Shown piece by piece: positions 49,132-61,795 of a stretch of DNA of 64,000 nucleotides. The DNA lies in the NCBI RefSeq assembly GCF_018350175.1, contig NC_058368.1, positions 213,592,001 to 213,656,000 on the forward strand, read 5' to 3'. Below the pieces are notes generated by a model. That model searched no databases, had not been told where the DNA came from, and worked only from the letters and a program-made list of their open reading frames with translations. Each line of letters opens with the position of its first letter. The first letter of the stretch is position 1. The DNA is from Felis catus (Eukaryota). A program made the translations under genes and the position numbers.

Positions 49132-49360
49132 TTTTTTCTAATGTTTTAAAATGTTTATTTATGTTTGAGAGAGAGAGAGAGAGACAGACAGAGTATGAGT
49201 GGGGGAGGGACTGAGGGAGAGGGAGCCACAGAATCTGAAGCAGGCTCCAGGCTCTGAGCTGTCAGCATGGAGCCCAATGCGGGGCTTGAACCCACAAACT
49301 GTGAGATCGTGACCTGAGCCGAAGTTGGACGCTTAACCAACGGAGCCACCCAAGCGCCCC
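49132..49360 (-). mobile_element. Can-SINE (SINEC_Fc)
   Basis: Reverse full-length body. Confidence 0.94.
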
Positions 49361-49588
49361 AAGGCTAGCTCCCCGTTATTGGTGCTTCCCAAGTGGCTTG
49401 CTATCACCCTGCAAATGCCCCTGCATCTGTTTCTAATCCCTACTCCAAAGGATAATATAGGAAAAGAACCAGAAGACTATGGGAATATTTGTTCAATCTC
49501 TCATCCCTCATCCACCACCCTCCTCTGCAACAACCACACACAACCTGGAGCCCGATCAAATGAACTCTCATCCAGACCATGGATTGAA

Positions 49589-49807
49589 GGGCACCTGGGT
49601 GGCTCAGTCGGTTAAGCCTCCACTTCAGCTCAAGTCATGATCTCCTGGTTGGTGTGTTTGAGCCCCACTTGGGGCTCTGTGCTGACAGCTTGGAGCCTGG
49701 AGCTTATTTCAGATTCTGTGTCTCCCTGTCTCTCTGCCCTTCTCCCGCTCACACTCTGTCTCTCTGTCTCTCTCTCAAAAATTAATAAACATTAAAAAAA
49801 AAAAAAA
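49589..49807 (+). mobile_element. Can-SINE (SINEC_Fc)
   Basis: TSD agacc(a/g)tggattgaa. Confidence 0.94.
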
Positions 49808-50249
49808 AGACCGTGGATTGAAAAACATGGTGGAAGCAAAAAGAACATGCTTTACTTGAAGTCATTATTTTAAGTCATGAAGCCTTCAATAAACAGGCTC
49901 AGTAAGATCAGTTCCAAGAAGTAGAAATCCAAGAATAAAAGCCTATATTCCTGGATAGAGCATAAATCATATTAACAAAAACCAGAAATGAGACAGAGGG
50001 AGAGGGAGTAGAAGAGGAATGAAGGGAAGGGAAAGGAAAGGAATGGAAGAGAAAGGAAATAATTCCTTCTATGTTCCATTCTCCAGACTTGGTGGCAACA
50101 TTTGCTTGTATTCCATCTTTTCCAGTCAGAACATATAAATGATTTTTGTGTAGTTGTATATGAGAAAAGTTATAACGTTAGTCTAAGCATCTCTGGGATG
50201 CTGAACTAAATTACCTGCCTAGAACTGTGAGAAAAAGATAGGTGTTTTC

Positions 50250-50570
50250 TTGCCTCAGGCCCCTGAACACATTTAAACTGGGATTGTCTTCCTGCTCTAA
50301 TCACCTTCACCTGGCTAATCCCTACTCACCTTTCTGGATTCAGTTTAGACATAACCTTCCCCAGGGATTCCCTCCTGACCCTCCCCTAGAATATATATGG
50401 GCCCTTCGAAGCTTAGGTAGAAGCATCCCTACTGCCCATTCACTTGCCTACTTACCCTTCTAGACTATAAAATCTTCTAAGGTAAGGTTGTGTGGACGTG
50501 TTTACTATTTTATTTCCAGGGCCTAGCACTGAGCCTGGCACATACGAATATTTGTTAAATGAATCAATAT
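50250..50570 (+). mobile_element. L2 3' region
   Basis: cctggctaatccctactcacc…ctagactataaaatc…ccagggcctagcactgagcctggcacatac…tatttgttaaatgaat. Confidence 0.8.
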
Positions 50571-50791
50571 GAATCAGGAGACTTCCAAATGCATTCATCC
50601 CTGCAATTACTTATTGAGTGCCTACTATGAACCACGTATAGGGCTAGACAATGGGCAAACAACAATTATTACCTTAATATTAATAACAATAACAGTAAAA
50701 GCAATTACAGCTAATGTTTACTGGACACTTACTACGTACAAGGCATCATGCCAAGCTCTTCCATGTATTCTCTTTAAATCATCCCATCCAA

Positions 50792-51013
50792 GGGGCGCCT
50801 GGGTGGCGCAGTCCGTTAAGCGTCAGACTTCAGCCAGGTCACGATCTCGTGGTCTGTGAGTTCAAGCCCCGAGTCAGGCTCTGGGCTGATGGCTCAGAGC
50901 CTGGAGCCTGTTTCCGATTCTGTGTCTCCCTCTCTCTCTGCCCCTCCCCCATTAATGCTCTGTCTCTCTCTGTCCCAAAAATAAATAAACGTTGAAAAAA
51001 AAATAAAATAAAA
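50792..51013 (+). mobile_element. Young SINEC_Fc inserted in a minus-strand MIR
   Basis: Nearly identical to the 23.5 kb copy; perfect TSD taaatcatcccatccaa (50775-50791, 51014-51030). Confidence 0.96.
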
Positions 51014-52209
51014 TAAATCATCCCATCCAAAACCCATGTGACAGACACATTATCATTCTCATTGAACAGATGAAGAAAGGTGCCAAGTCACTCCCATGGA
51101 TCTTAACCACACAGACTCCATGTGAAAGAATTTCTGACATTTAAGTTCCTCAAGCTATATTTACATGGGCTTAACTCACATCAACTAAGAGAGGGCTATC
51201 TGTGAATTCACCCATGCTCTTTGCTGATGTCTGTCCCCTTGCCCATCCACTCTTCATATTGTCTGAAATTTATATTATTTTGATATAGACTATCGTGTGA
51301 TGACCCCCATAATCTACATTTTAGACACCATGAGCTAATGTTTGAAGGACACGTCTCAGAGTCCATGCTTGAAATATCACTATCCAAATCTGCAGCAGAA
51401 AGTTTTGTAGTTATCAAAATGGAGGTTAAAGATATTTTTTTCATCTGTGGAATGAGGGATTTTTAAGATAAATTGGCTAGAAAGGGTTGTGTAGCCACTT
51501 CTGTCTTTCCCTGCTGAGCTGTAAGGATCTGGGGGAGCCAGCTCCCGGACGCCTCTGAGCGGTGCGTCAGCTGTGCAACTCCATCAGTCAGGGGACCCCC
51601 AGTTAATGGAGGATTTTGTCATCTGACAATAAAGTCAGATGATTCTTCCCACGGAGTGGTCGCATGGACTTCAGAGAGAATCTGCTGGGAAAGGGCTCAC
51701 TGGAGCACCCACCAGAACAAACGATGGAGATGTAACCAAATATAAAGGCAGGTTGTGGGACTACTTCTGTGTGTGCTTGCTGATGCCTGCTCTAAGTATG
51801 GCAGGGGTCAAAGACTTGTTTTCACAGTAACCTACCACCTGGCAGTGAAGTTGTCAGACAGGAGTATACGGTTCTCAACCTTTCCCGATTGCTACTGATA
51901 TTTAACAAAAGAGCCTGACAGTTGTGGGCAGCCAGTCAGCTCAGGTGAGGCTACAACACCCTCTTCCCTACCTTGGTCTCTAGGCAAACACTGTTTGTCT
52001 TTCAGTACAAGCTCAAAAATCCTCCCTGCTGCGAAGAAGGCTTACTTGATGAGTCATGTCCCCTCAGGAGCTCCGAGGAATCATCTAGTTGTTGAAATGG
52101 CCGCCAGCATGTGGCTGAGATCCTTCTGATAAACCCCAGTTGCTTAAGATAACCTGGGCAGGTCTCTTTCTACATCCTGAAAAGGCCCAATTTAGCAAAT
52201 GGGTTTATT

Positions 52210-52810
52210 TTAGAATATGATTTATTGAGTCAGGAGTCATATTAGGTACTGAGGAAACACTGATAAGCAGCACTGACGATGGGCCCAATGAGATTGGAGA
52301 CCACAGGGAGACAAGTAAGGCATCAGGCAGTTACAGTGCAGTGTGGGATAACTGCCAAGTCCAGGCAGTTGTCAGAAACCCACCAGAGACCAGGGAAAGC
52401 TTCCAGAAGTGACTATAAGCTGAGCCCTGAGGTTAAGTAGGTATTAGCAAGGTGAAGGAAAGATTCCAGGAAGTGAAAATGCCAAGTGCAAAGGTCCTGA
52501 GATGAAACAGAGATGCCATGTTCTGAGGTCTACAAAGGTTCAGCCTGGCGGCAAGTTTGGTCAGCTTGGAGCCAGTGTGAGGAGAACAGCAAACCGGACA
52601 ATGGCTAGAAGTATGGCTTTGTGAGAAGTTTGGGCTTCATTCATGATAGGGTTTTAGCAGAAGTGCTCTGAACAGATTTCCATGTTTGAATGATCGTGCT
52701 GGTTCCAGGGAAGAGAATATCTAAGAAGATTAGGAGAGTAGAGGCAGAGAGAGGGGTGAGGAAGCTGTCACGCGAGTCTAGCAAAGACAAGATGGCACCT
52801 ATCCTGGGGG
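52210..52810 (-). mobile_element. L2 fragment
   Basis: atttattgag…taggtactgagga…cagggaaagcttcc…agctgagccctga…attccagg…gtgcaaaggtcctgag…gaggcagagaga…gaagctgt, typical antisense L2. Confidence 0.85.
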
Positions 52811-53954
52811 AGTCTCTGTGGACCTATACTTCCCCTGTATCTGGGATAAAACTTAGGCAATGCTCAGTTTGCAGGCTCACTCCTTCTGCCAGACTATGAA
52901 AGCCTTGAGGGTAGAAATCAAAATTTACTTACCTCTGGAGCTTCAATACCTTATTCCGCACCTTCACCCTTATTCAGAGAGAAGGGTGATAAAGCCCTCA
53001 GTAAAGGATTAGTTGGTACATGTTGGTTGGTCCTCATGCACAAAAATGATTTCCTTTTGCTGAATTCCTCATCACCAGAACCCCACCCCACCCCTACATC
53101 CCTTCCACGTCTTCTCTGCCATTGCTGCCTGCAAAAAGCCTCTTTAGCAACTACTCTTCCCTTTCACATTTGGTTGCCCTAAGGGATAAGCAGACTCAGC
53201 TTCCCTTCATCAAGCTCCGATTTTGATTCTAGTCTTCATAAGCCCACTGAACATTTTGCGCTGCTCTTTTCTCTCACTGTGGCCCAGCTCATCCCTCCCC
53301 TCCATGTAGGCAAGACTTTACACAGGTCCCTCCCCCACCATCTTGAAAGTTTCCCAGGGGTGACCTCACCTATGTGGAGCAGCTACTCTCATCTGATATC
53401 CTAAATCCATCTCACTATTTAAGTGAAAATGTAAAAGTCTTACCATCTGCAAGAAGCATCCATGAACTCCAGTTAACCTGGCACAGAATCCTAACTAAAT
53501 GTAATCCCATTCATATATATTCCTGTCAACTGCATATGATTTGATGGTTTCCATGTTTTCTCTTCAAGGACATAATACCAGAGTATTGCACATTCACCTC
53601 CTTGTCCCTACTCCCTTGCTTATACAATGTATTCAAAATCCTTCTCCATCCTCCCCTTGCCCTGGTCCCTGGATGAAAGAAAGAAACTTCTTCCAGCTCA
53701 CAGAGGTCTTCACTTTGACCTACCCCTGAGAATGGGGACTTGGCAAGGATGAATTTAGAAGCACTTAATCCAATCAACCTCTAGGCCTGGTCCACACGTC
53801 AGCCCTATCAGCTGGCTTTAAAATAGTGAGCGCTATGTCACCCAGAAGGGCCTTCATAGACTTTTAAACAGAATTAAAATTGCATAGTATCCCAGGGACT
53901 CTTCTTTTCTCCAGAGGGCATCACCTACCAAGGGCTGGTGCCCTTCCCTTCAAA

Positions 53955-54085
53955 CAGGTTTGCACCAATGTTATCAAATAAAATATAAGAGACCCAGTTA
54001 AATTAGAATTTTAGGTGAAATGTGAATACTTTTTATGTCTCAAATATTGCATGGGATTTTTTATTTGCTAAATCTGACTGTCCTA
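53955..54085. mobile_element. MER53-like palindromic hAT MITE
   Basis: caaataaaatata…cccagttaaattagaattt…caaatattgcatggga…tttatttgctaaatctg. Confidence 0.75.
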
Positions 54086-55479
54086 TTTTGTACTTGTTAC
54101 TCAGTTTTTAAAAAATCACATCTATACTCATTAATAGGTAAAAATCCAGAAAGCAAAACATATACACATTTTTAAAATTTGGGAGCCTTGAAAATATTCT
54201 TTGTGCTGTTTCTCACTCTGATGGATGTCTTCTTACAAGGGTAGGTTTTTAATCATCTTTATGGCTCACTTGGAGTCCCTCACCTCTCTGCCCTACCTTT
54301 CTCACTTGGTTTATAATTCTCTTCCCATGATTACTCTTTGCATCATTAAGTTCAACCACTTTGACCCTTCTTTCCTTCCCAAGCAATTACCATTCAATTG
54401 AGTACTTCACCTTGACTTGCTTGGTCTTATGATGATATATCAAAACATCTCCTCTTTACAAGTCAGTGAACCACATTAAGGAAACACTGAATAGCCAGTA
54501 AGTAGTTCCCCAATCAATTCTTCCAAATTGACTTCAAGGATCAGATTCCTCTTCCTGATTGCCCTATGTTCTCCAGCTCTGGGAAATCCTTCCAGAAAAG
54601 CAACTACAGAACCCCAATCCTGGTCTGATTCTGTTCTGGTCTATCATTGCTTCCCATCAGCTGGAGAAAGTCATAGTTGGGAAAAGCAAAGGACCAGATA
54701 AAGCTCTGGACAATTTTCTCACAAAGGAAAGACTGGATTCCTCTCCAGGTCCCAGGACCACCTTAACCATGTTGTTTACAAAAGCCACGCTATTTACAAA
54801 TAGTGCCATATAAAGGGTCTAACATAACCCCCAGGAGAGGAGAGTTTATAAATGCATGTGTGGAGGAAAAGGTTATGAAGGGGAACTAACCCTGCTATTA
54901 CTTTCCAGTTTTCAGAGAGTAACTGAGATTGCAAGTAAGAGATTATAAGTAAGACTCAGAGAGAGAACCAGGTAGCTGGCAAGATCTTGTAAATTTGGAT
55001 GCTCTCTGGGTGGGCTGGTTAGGAAGGAAGGAAAGATATTACTGAGATCCAGAAGGAGTTGCTAGTGTATCAAGGGGGGAAAACCTACTTTGAATGACCA
55101 CGGTCACAAATTAAAAATAGCCATGGTAGTTGAGAAGCAAGTCATTGCTTTTTAAAACTTCCATTATATTATTAGTATTATCATCACTTTCATCTATACT
55201 TCATTCCCCAAGAGTAAGATAAGACCGATAATTAACACACATACTCTACACAAAAACAAAATTCCTTGAGAAAAATGGAACTTCTAGTGACCCAGGTCTC
55301 CTGACTTCCAGTCCAGGATGCCTTCCTTGCCTAACAGATAGTTTTTGCTCTATTAGGTACCAGCTGGACATCGGTCAGAAAGCCACTTTCAGACTCATCC
55401 CAGTACCTCAGCACTTCCAGAATGTGCTAGCATTTGAGACTGGGCTGTGTCAGGGTGAGCAACCCAGTGGGAAGAGGAA

Positions 55480-56040
55480 GGCCTGGGTTTGGATCTTGGC
55501 TCTTTTTTGCCAGCATGGATTCTCTCATCTATAGCTGGGGATAATGGCGTTTACCTCTCAGAGGTGCAGTGAGCTATAAAATGAGCTGACAGGTGTAGAG
55601 TCCCGGCATACAACTGCAATATGCATAAACATCATTATTAACAATGACTCTAATTGTAGGTTCAGGATTCTAACTTGCATGGAGGAATTCAAATATATGT
55701 CAATCCCCACCAAGATAGGGAAGGAATGGATGGAAATTGGTAGTTTCTCAAAGCTACCAAAAGACTTGTCGAGTTATATGTTTTTTTTTTTGAAGTGACA
55801 AGAGAAAGATGAAAATTAATAATGGCTCACATTTCTTGAGCGCTGGCTGTGTGTCAGATACCGTGATAAACCTTTACATGTATATCCTCAATTTATCTGC
55901 CATCACCTTATGGGTTAGGTATTGTTCTTCTGGACTCCAATTTACAGTTAGGGAAACCCCTACTTAGTGGGGTTAAGAAACTGCCTGATGTTATATGTTT
56001 TATAAGTGATAGGATCATGACTCATTAAATTAATGCTCTT
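55480..56040. mobile_element. Two MIR fragments (plus ~55480-55640, minus ~55815-56040)
   Basis: cctgggtttggatcttggctc…ctcatctatagctggggataat; taatggctcacattt…ccaatttacagttagggaaac…ggttaagaaactgcc. Confidence 0.72.
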
Positions 56041-56073
56041 ATGCAGACATGTGTAGTCCAACCAAACAATTCT

Positions 56074-56128
56074 TGTGTGTGTGTGTGTGTGTGTGTGCGC
56101 GCGCACGCGCGCGTGCACACGCTTGCAT
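56074..56128. repeat. (TG)n(CG)n alternating purine-pyrimidine tract
   Basis: Directly visible. Confidence 0.95.
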
Positions 56129-57868
56129 GCAAGTTCGTAAGGAAATATACCAAGTATTCACAGTGGTTACCTCTGGGTGGTCGAATTAAAGGTAACGTTC
56201 ACTTTCTTCTTTCTGCCTTATTAAATTGACTATGTGCTGCTTTGCATTTTGATATGAAATGTTTTTCATTTTGATAACAAACAAAATTTTAAAAAGTAAA
56301 ACAAAATGAGGACACATGGGGGAAGGAATGATATAAAAAGGCATGACATTTTCAAGGACCATTGTAATTTAACTTTCAGTTTTTTCTTTCAACCAAAGAA
56401 ACCTTCACAGAATAAAATGAACTTCTTAAAAATAAAAATTATATTCCTCCCTGCCACCTGAAAGCTCAGGTTCCATTGGCCCTATCTTTCAAGAACATCT
56501 GAGTTCTAAATCTTAAATCTGCTCATGGTTTGAGCACCAACATTAAATCAAAGATTTTCCAATTACTCGTAACACCACCAATGAGTTCTTTTTTTTTCTT
56601 TTTTTTTTTTTTACCAATGAGTTCTTAAAATCTTTTGTTTCACTACATTTTCCGTTTGCACCACAACTTATAACTTATGAGCAAAGCCCTTTTTCTTCTC
56701 TGCTTATTACTAAGGGATACAAAGATGACAGATCACCAAAGCTAACATTCATCTTACTATTTGCGCTGAACTCTGAAGTCTTCCTTAAGGAGAACTGTGA
56801 TGATAAATTAAGATTTATTACCCTCTGTAAACACAGCTAGTCTTCAAAGACGGCCTCAGTGGGAGAGTAAGGAATTCAAGTAAATCGAAGGAGCTCGAAA
56901 AGGATGACTTTCTCCTGTTTTTCTGCTGTTAACAACAGTGTGTGACGGGCATGAGAGAGCCACCTGTCCTCTAGAGCCAGGGCCCCAGTTTCTTCCTGGT
57001 GAGAGCTGCTGGGGTCCCTCACACCATATGATCTGGAAGGATGAAAGGGAGGTGTGCTGAGAAGCCAAGAGGAAGGCTGAGGGGGGCAGAAGCTTTGCCC
57101 TCCCCTCCATCCCATTAGAGCTTGCTTATAAGACAAGGCTAAAAGGCTCTCATGGGAGCAAATGGTTTTGAGCTCAACTAAGCAAGGTGTCCAGACAGTC
57201 ACAGACCTGACTTCCTGGGAATGCCCAGACTTGGAATTATCTGGAATTACAGTGGTTGGGCTCAATGTATGAAGGTGGCAGGGAGGCAGTATAGCCAAAT
57301 TTACATTGACACCAGATTATTAAATCATTGAAAAACCACCACTAAAAACCATGGACCTATGAAGAAAATGGAGACAATTTGTCTGCCTAGCCTTTCTTCT
57401 GTTTAATTTCACAGAGCAACGCCTCCACGTAAGCTTTAGAAAACTCACCTGTACATTTGCATGACTGTTTTGTTTAACCGTTCAAATTATGGTGACTTTC
57501 AAAGTAGAAAAGTGGGATTAATGATCAAAGTCTTCTAGACTCAGATTTCAGACACCTGAGACTGTGCTGTTGGGGTCACATGCTTATTATGCAAATCTTT
57601 TTGGATAGCATTTCCTGCTCCACAGGTTTCCAGAGTCTAAAATATACCCACAGTCCATAAAGTCTGGAAATACAAAATATTATTTTTAGTATTTTATTTT
57701 TTACCAATTGAAGATGTCCTTGACAGAATTTTGTATATTTTATCTATGGTTCCAGAATTAACAGACACCATATGCATATATATTCTCCCTCACCCTCTGT
57801 TTTTTTTTTTTAAGCTTTTCTTTCCATCTTCTTTAGTCTTGACTCATGACTCATTTTATTTTGAGCTA

Positions 57869-58415
57869 CTGTATCAGTCAGGGTTTGATCAGAGAAGCAG
57901 AACCACCAGGACCAACATGTAACAGTGGATTTGTGATAGGGAATTTGACCTCATACAATTGTGATAGGGACCAGTTCAACAGTCTACATACATGTATACA
58001 AGGCTGTTGCCTCTCTGTCTGGGGCGGGGCCTGAAAGTCAGCAGGGCAAGTGACCCAGAAGAAAATACTCAAGTAAAGTGGGGAAGAGCGAGGGCCCCCA
58101 GAAATGTGCAAGGAAGAGCTGGAACCCAAGAAAAGGGAGAGAGACCCATCTCCCCAGCTCACCCTCCATGATCTACATTAAAGCTGAACATGCTTCTGGA
58201 CCAGGCATCAGGGGAGCTAGAGGAGGAAACCAGGGTCTGGAGGAGCCACATGCCCTGCCCTGGCCTGGGGGTCAGGGAACTGAGGGAGGAACCCAGAGGA
58301 GCAGGGGTGCAGAAGTCCGGCTGCTGCACCACTCCAAAAAGGTGAACTATCAGACGATGGTGCCCAGTGCCTCATACCAACCTTCTGAGCGCACACACAC
58401 ACACACACACACACG

Positions 58416-58456
<41 letters not shown>

Positions 58457-58573
58457 TCCACATCTCATGCCCAGGGCCTCCCATGGCCCACACTAACCCT
58501 GAACAGTGCAAGGAAGACTTCTGGGAAACACTGCACTAGCTTAGCTAAGTCAACACAAAACAAATCCCCCACA
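57869..58573 (-). mobile_element. ERVL solo LTR (MLT2F/LTR52-like) containing a (CA)/(CG) tract at ~58390-58454
   Basis: Begins tgtatcagtcagggtttgatcagagaagcagaacca and ends ttctgggaaac…agctaagtcaacacaaaac…caca (TG…CA termini). Confidence 0.72.
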
Positions 58574-58654
58574 GCCTCCACTTCAAACTCAGGCTCTCTG
58601 GGCATCAGCCCCAGAGTGAGGCCGTGAACATTTCATCTCCAAAATGGTATAGAG

Positions 58655-58803
58655 TAGGGATTGGCAAACCTTTTGTGGAAAGGGCCAGAGAGTAAGTATT
58701 TTAGGCTTTGTGGGCACATATGGTCTCTGTCTCATTCTCTTTATGATCTTTTAAAAATGTAAAATCCATCCGTAGCTGGCAGGCGCGAGTTTGCTATTCC
58801 CTG
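58655..58803 (+). mobile_element. MER58-like hAT-Charlie MITE
   Basis: agggattggcaaacctttt…aagggccagagagtaagtattttaggctttgtgggc…tatggtctctgtc…gagtttgctattccctg. Confidence 0.85.
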
Positions 58804-59169
58804 GGAAGAGGGCCACACAGCCTGAGAGTCTGGAGGCCAGGCTGCTTCTCTTGGCTCCACCATGAATCCCCTGGGACCTAGAGCGAGTCATTTCACCTGA
58901 GGGGCTTGGACGCTCATTTGCAAAATGAGAGTTGTGGGCTAGATGGGCATTAGGAATGCACACTAAAGACGTCATGAGTCCGAATTTTGAGGGGAGTGAA
59001 TTGTTTAAAAGTTCAATGTAGATTTGTATTGTAACATAGATTATTATTATTATTAAATATAGTTCTTATTGGGAATTAACTCAAGTATGCATTTCTTCTT
59101 TCAAATCTGAATTAATATATATGATTTTAATAATCCTGGGTAGGTTAGGTACCTTTTTCTTAACGGAAT

Positions 59170-59600
59170 TTTGAGAAGTGATCATAAAGGCCTTGGCCTA
59201 CTCTTCCACTTTTGTCATTAGAGCATCATCTTGGTAGGAGATGTTTTATGAGAAAGGAGATTTAGATTGAATTGTGGAAATGTGCAAAAATCATGTTTAT
59301 TTGTTTTTGCAAAAATAATAAAATTACCACTTGTTTATGGAGAAAAGACTGAAATAGGCTTACACGAATGCCATCAGCACACTATTTTTTGTGAGGATAC
59401 ATTTCAATCTATTTCAAAACATAGAAGTCAGACTGGTAAATTGGGAACACTGATAGAGAACGCCTTTTGCAAACACAGCAAATTAAAAAGCGCACAACAT
59501 ATAATGCTTCCATTTATTTTTAGGTGGACAATTATGGAAATTGCAAATCTGGATCCACCGGGGTTTAAGACTACATTCTCAATGACTGATACTTCTGCCA
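59170..59600 (+). mobile_element. Possible ancient non-LTR retrotransposon RT fossil (RTE-X/L4 or CR1-like)
   Basis: Decayed motifs in RT order: HKGL..LLFHF, FAKIIKL (cf. F/YADD), TEIGL…FCE…SI, F.LFLG. Manual motif matching only. Confidence 0.4.
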
Positions 59601-59710
59601 TAAATAATGGGACTGACTCAGGACTAGCGACAGAAGATGCACAAACCCAAGACTTCCATTTTAAGAAGGAATATTTATTTTATTCAACCAACATTTACTG
59701 AGCTTTCTTC

Positions 59711-59936
59711 TTTTAAAAAAATTTTTTTTTTAACATTTATTTATTTTTGAGAAACAGAGAGAGATAGAGCACAAGCTGGGGAGGGACAGAGACAGAAGGA
59801 GACACAGAATTGGAAACAGGCTCCGGGCTCTGAGCTGTCAGCACAGAGCCCGATGCGGGGCTTGAACTCACAGACTGAGAAATCATGACCTGAGCCGAAG
59901 TCAGACACTTAACTGACTGAGCCACCCAGGCGCCCC
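59711..59936 (-). mobile_element. Can-SINE (SINEC_Fc)
   Basis: Reverse body; catttactgag on both flanks. Confidence 0.94.
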
Positions 59937-60178
59937 CATTTACTGAGTTTTCGTGACGTGTTAGACCCTATGCTAGTTGGAGATGCCCACTCAACCCAAG
60001 ACCTCGAAGCTCTGGTTTTTACAATGCAATTGGTGAAGCTTTGAACATCAGCTTTAAAAATCAGTGAAGGAGATGAGCTAGTTTCTGTAACTGTCCCCAG
60101 ATGAACTTTTACCACTTGGTCAGTGAGGCAGGGTCCTGGGGCTAAAAGATAAACTTTAAACAAGATTAAATAGAGCAT

Positions 60179-60396
60179 GGGGGCGCCTGGGTGGCTCAGT
60201 CGGTTAAGCATCTGACTTTGACTCAGGTCATGATCTCCTGGTTCAGGAGTTTGAGCCCCGCATCAGGCTCTGTGCTGACAGCTCAGAGCCTAGAGCCTGT
60301 TTCAGAGTCTGTGTCTCCCTCTCTGTGTCCTCCCCCACTCTCACTCTGTCTCTCTCTCTCTAATAAATAAACATTAGAAAAATAATAATTTTTTTA
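60179..60396 (+). mobile_element. Can-SINE (SINEC_Fc)
   Basis: Perfect TSD aagattaaatagagca (60162-60177, 60397-60412). Confidence 0.95.
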
Positions 60397-60784
60397 AAGA
60401 TTAAATAGAGCAGTACAGAGAAGAAAGGGATAGAAGATATTTGAAGGATAATAACTTGCAGTGGTCTCTTCTTGTAACAATTGGATCAATGACACACATC
60501 AATGACCACCGTTCTGCTGTATTATCTCAGGATCGTGTACACTGGAAGAAGGCAAGCATAAAAATGACATGAATTGGCTTGCCATAAATCATCACACCGA
60601 GTATTCTAATTCTTTGTCTCAAAAGCAACTGAGCATCGAGTCTGCCTGACTGGGCTATAAAATATATGAAATACCATCAGACATTTCTGAAAAGCAAATA
60701 TTCCTGAAGACTTCAGGTTTGTTTGTTTGTTTTCCTTTTTTTTTTTCCTTTTTGATGACTCCTTACTTAGGACAACTAATAACA

Positions 60785-60862
60785 GAATGAAATGAAATGA
60801 AATGAAGTGAAATGAAGTGAAATGAAATGAAATGAAATGATATGGAATGAAATGAAATGAAA
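60785..60862. repeat. (GAAAT)n pentanucleotide repeat, ~15 units with variants
   Basis: Directly visible. Confidence 0.95.
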
Positions 60863-61434
60863 CCTCTGAAAGATATACTTCCCAGTCACAGAACTTTTTT
60901 TTTCCCTAGAATCTGAGGTCACCCACTACCTTTTAGGTTTGAAATACCAAAATGAAAAAATCACTAGACATGAGTACTACAAAATATTCTGGGGAGCAGA
61001 AAGATGTACATGAAGATGTCACTATTAAGTCACAGATTAGAATCATTTCTCTACCTTCTATTCCTGTTGTGTAGTCCAAAAACATTTTTGGAGGGCGTCT
61101 GTTACACATTCAAGAAACTTTGCCACTTCGTCTTGAAGCTGAGGTCTTGTCATGAAAGCAACTGTGTTAAATTCCAGGAACACTTTTTAAGCAGAAGCTC
61201 TTCATTATTGTCTTTGACTAAAAAGGTATATTAGTTACAAATAAGTACATCCTATTCTATGTCTTCAAACCTGGCAATAAGTGGTTAGCTAGCAATTGGG
61301 GGTGGGGGGCAGCTGCTCTAACTGGGCACATTCCTCTCCAGACCTCAGGACCCCTAGAGAAAGAGACAATGGGTAGAGGGAGACTTTTCTACGTGTCTTC
61401 TCCTCTTGGCAAAAAAAAAAAAAAAAAAAAAAAG

Positions 61435-61540
61435 GCTTAATTTCTGGGGCTTCCTGCCTCCAGAATTATGAGAAAATTAATTTCCCTTTTTTAAGCCATC
61501 CAGTCTGTGGTACTTGGAAGTCCTAGCAAATAAATACACT
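61435..61540 (+). mobile_element. MaLR LTR 3' end (MLT1-like)
   Basis: gcctccagaattatgagaaaattaatttc…tttaagccatccagtctgtggtactt…cctagcaaataaataca. Confidence 0.8.
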
Positions 61541-61795
61541 TTTTAAAGCCAAAGAATATTCTATCACATGTGTATACCATATATTTATCCATTCATTCAT
61601 CAGTGGACATCTGGGTTGTTTTTACTTTCTGGCTATTGTAAATAATGCTGCTATAAACATTGGTGTACAAATCCTTGCTTTCAATTCTTTTGGGTAGGTA
61701 TCGTAAAAGTAAAATTTCTGGGTCATATGGTAATTCTAATTTTAAAATTAAATTTATTTAGTTTAATTTTTTTGAGGAAGCACTGTAGTTTTTTT
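61541..61795 (-). mobile_element. L1 3' fragment
   Basis: tttatccattca…tggacatctgggttgttt…ggctattgtaaataatgctgctataaacatt…ctgggtcatatggtaattcta. Confidence 0.9.

Noticed and set aside
60785..60862. Regular short repeat as a possible CRISPR or satellite array
   Set aside because: Simple pentanucleotide microsatellite with no unique spacers; eukaryotic context.
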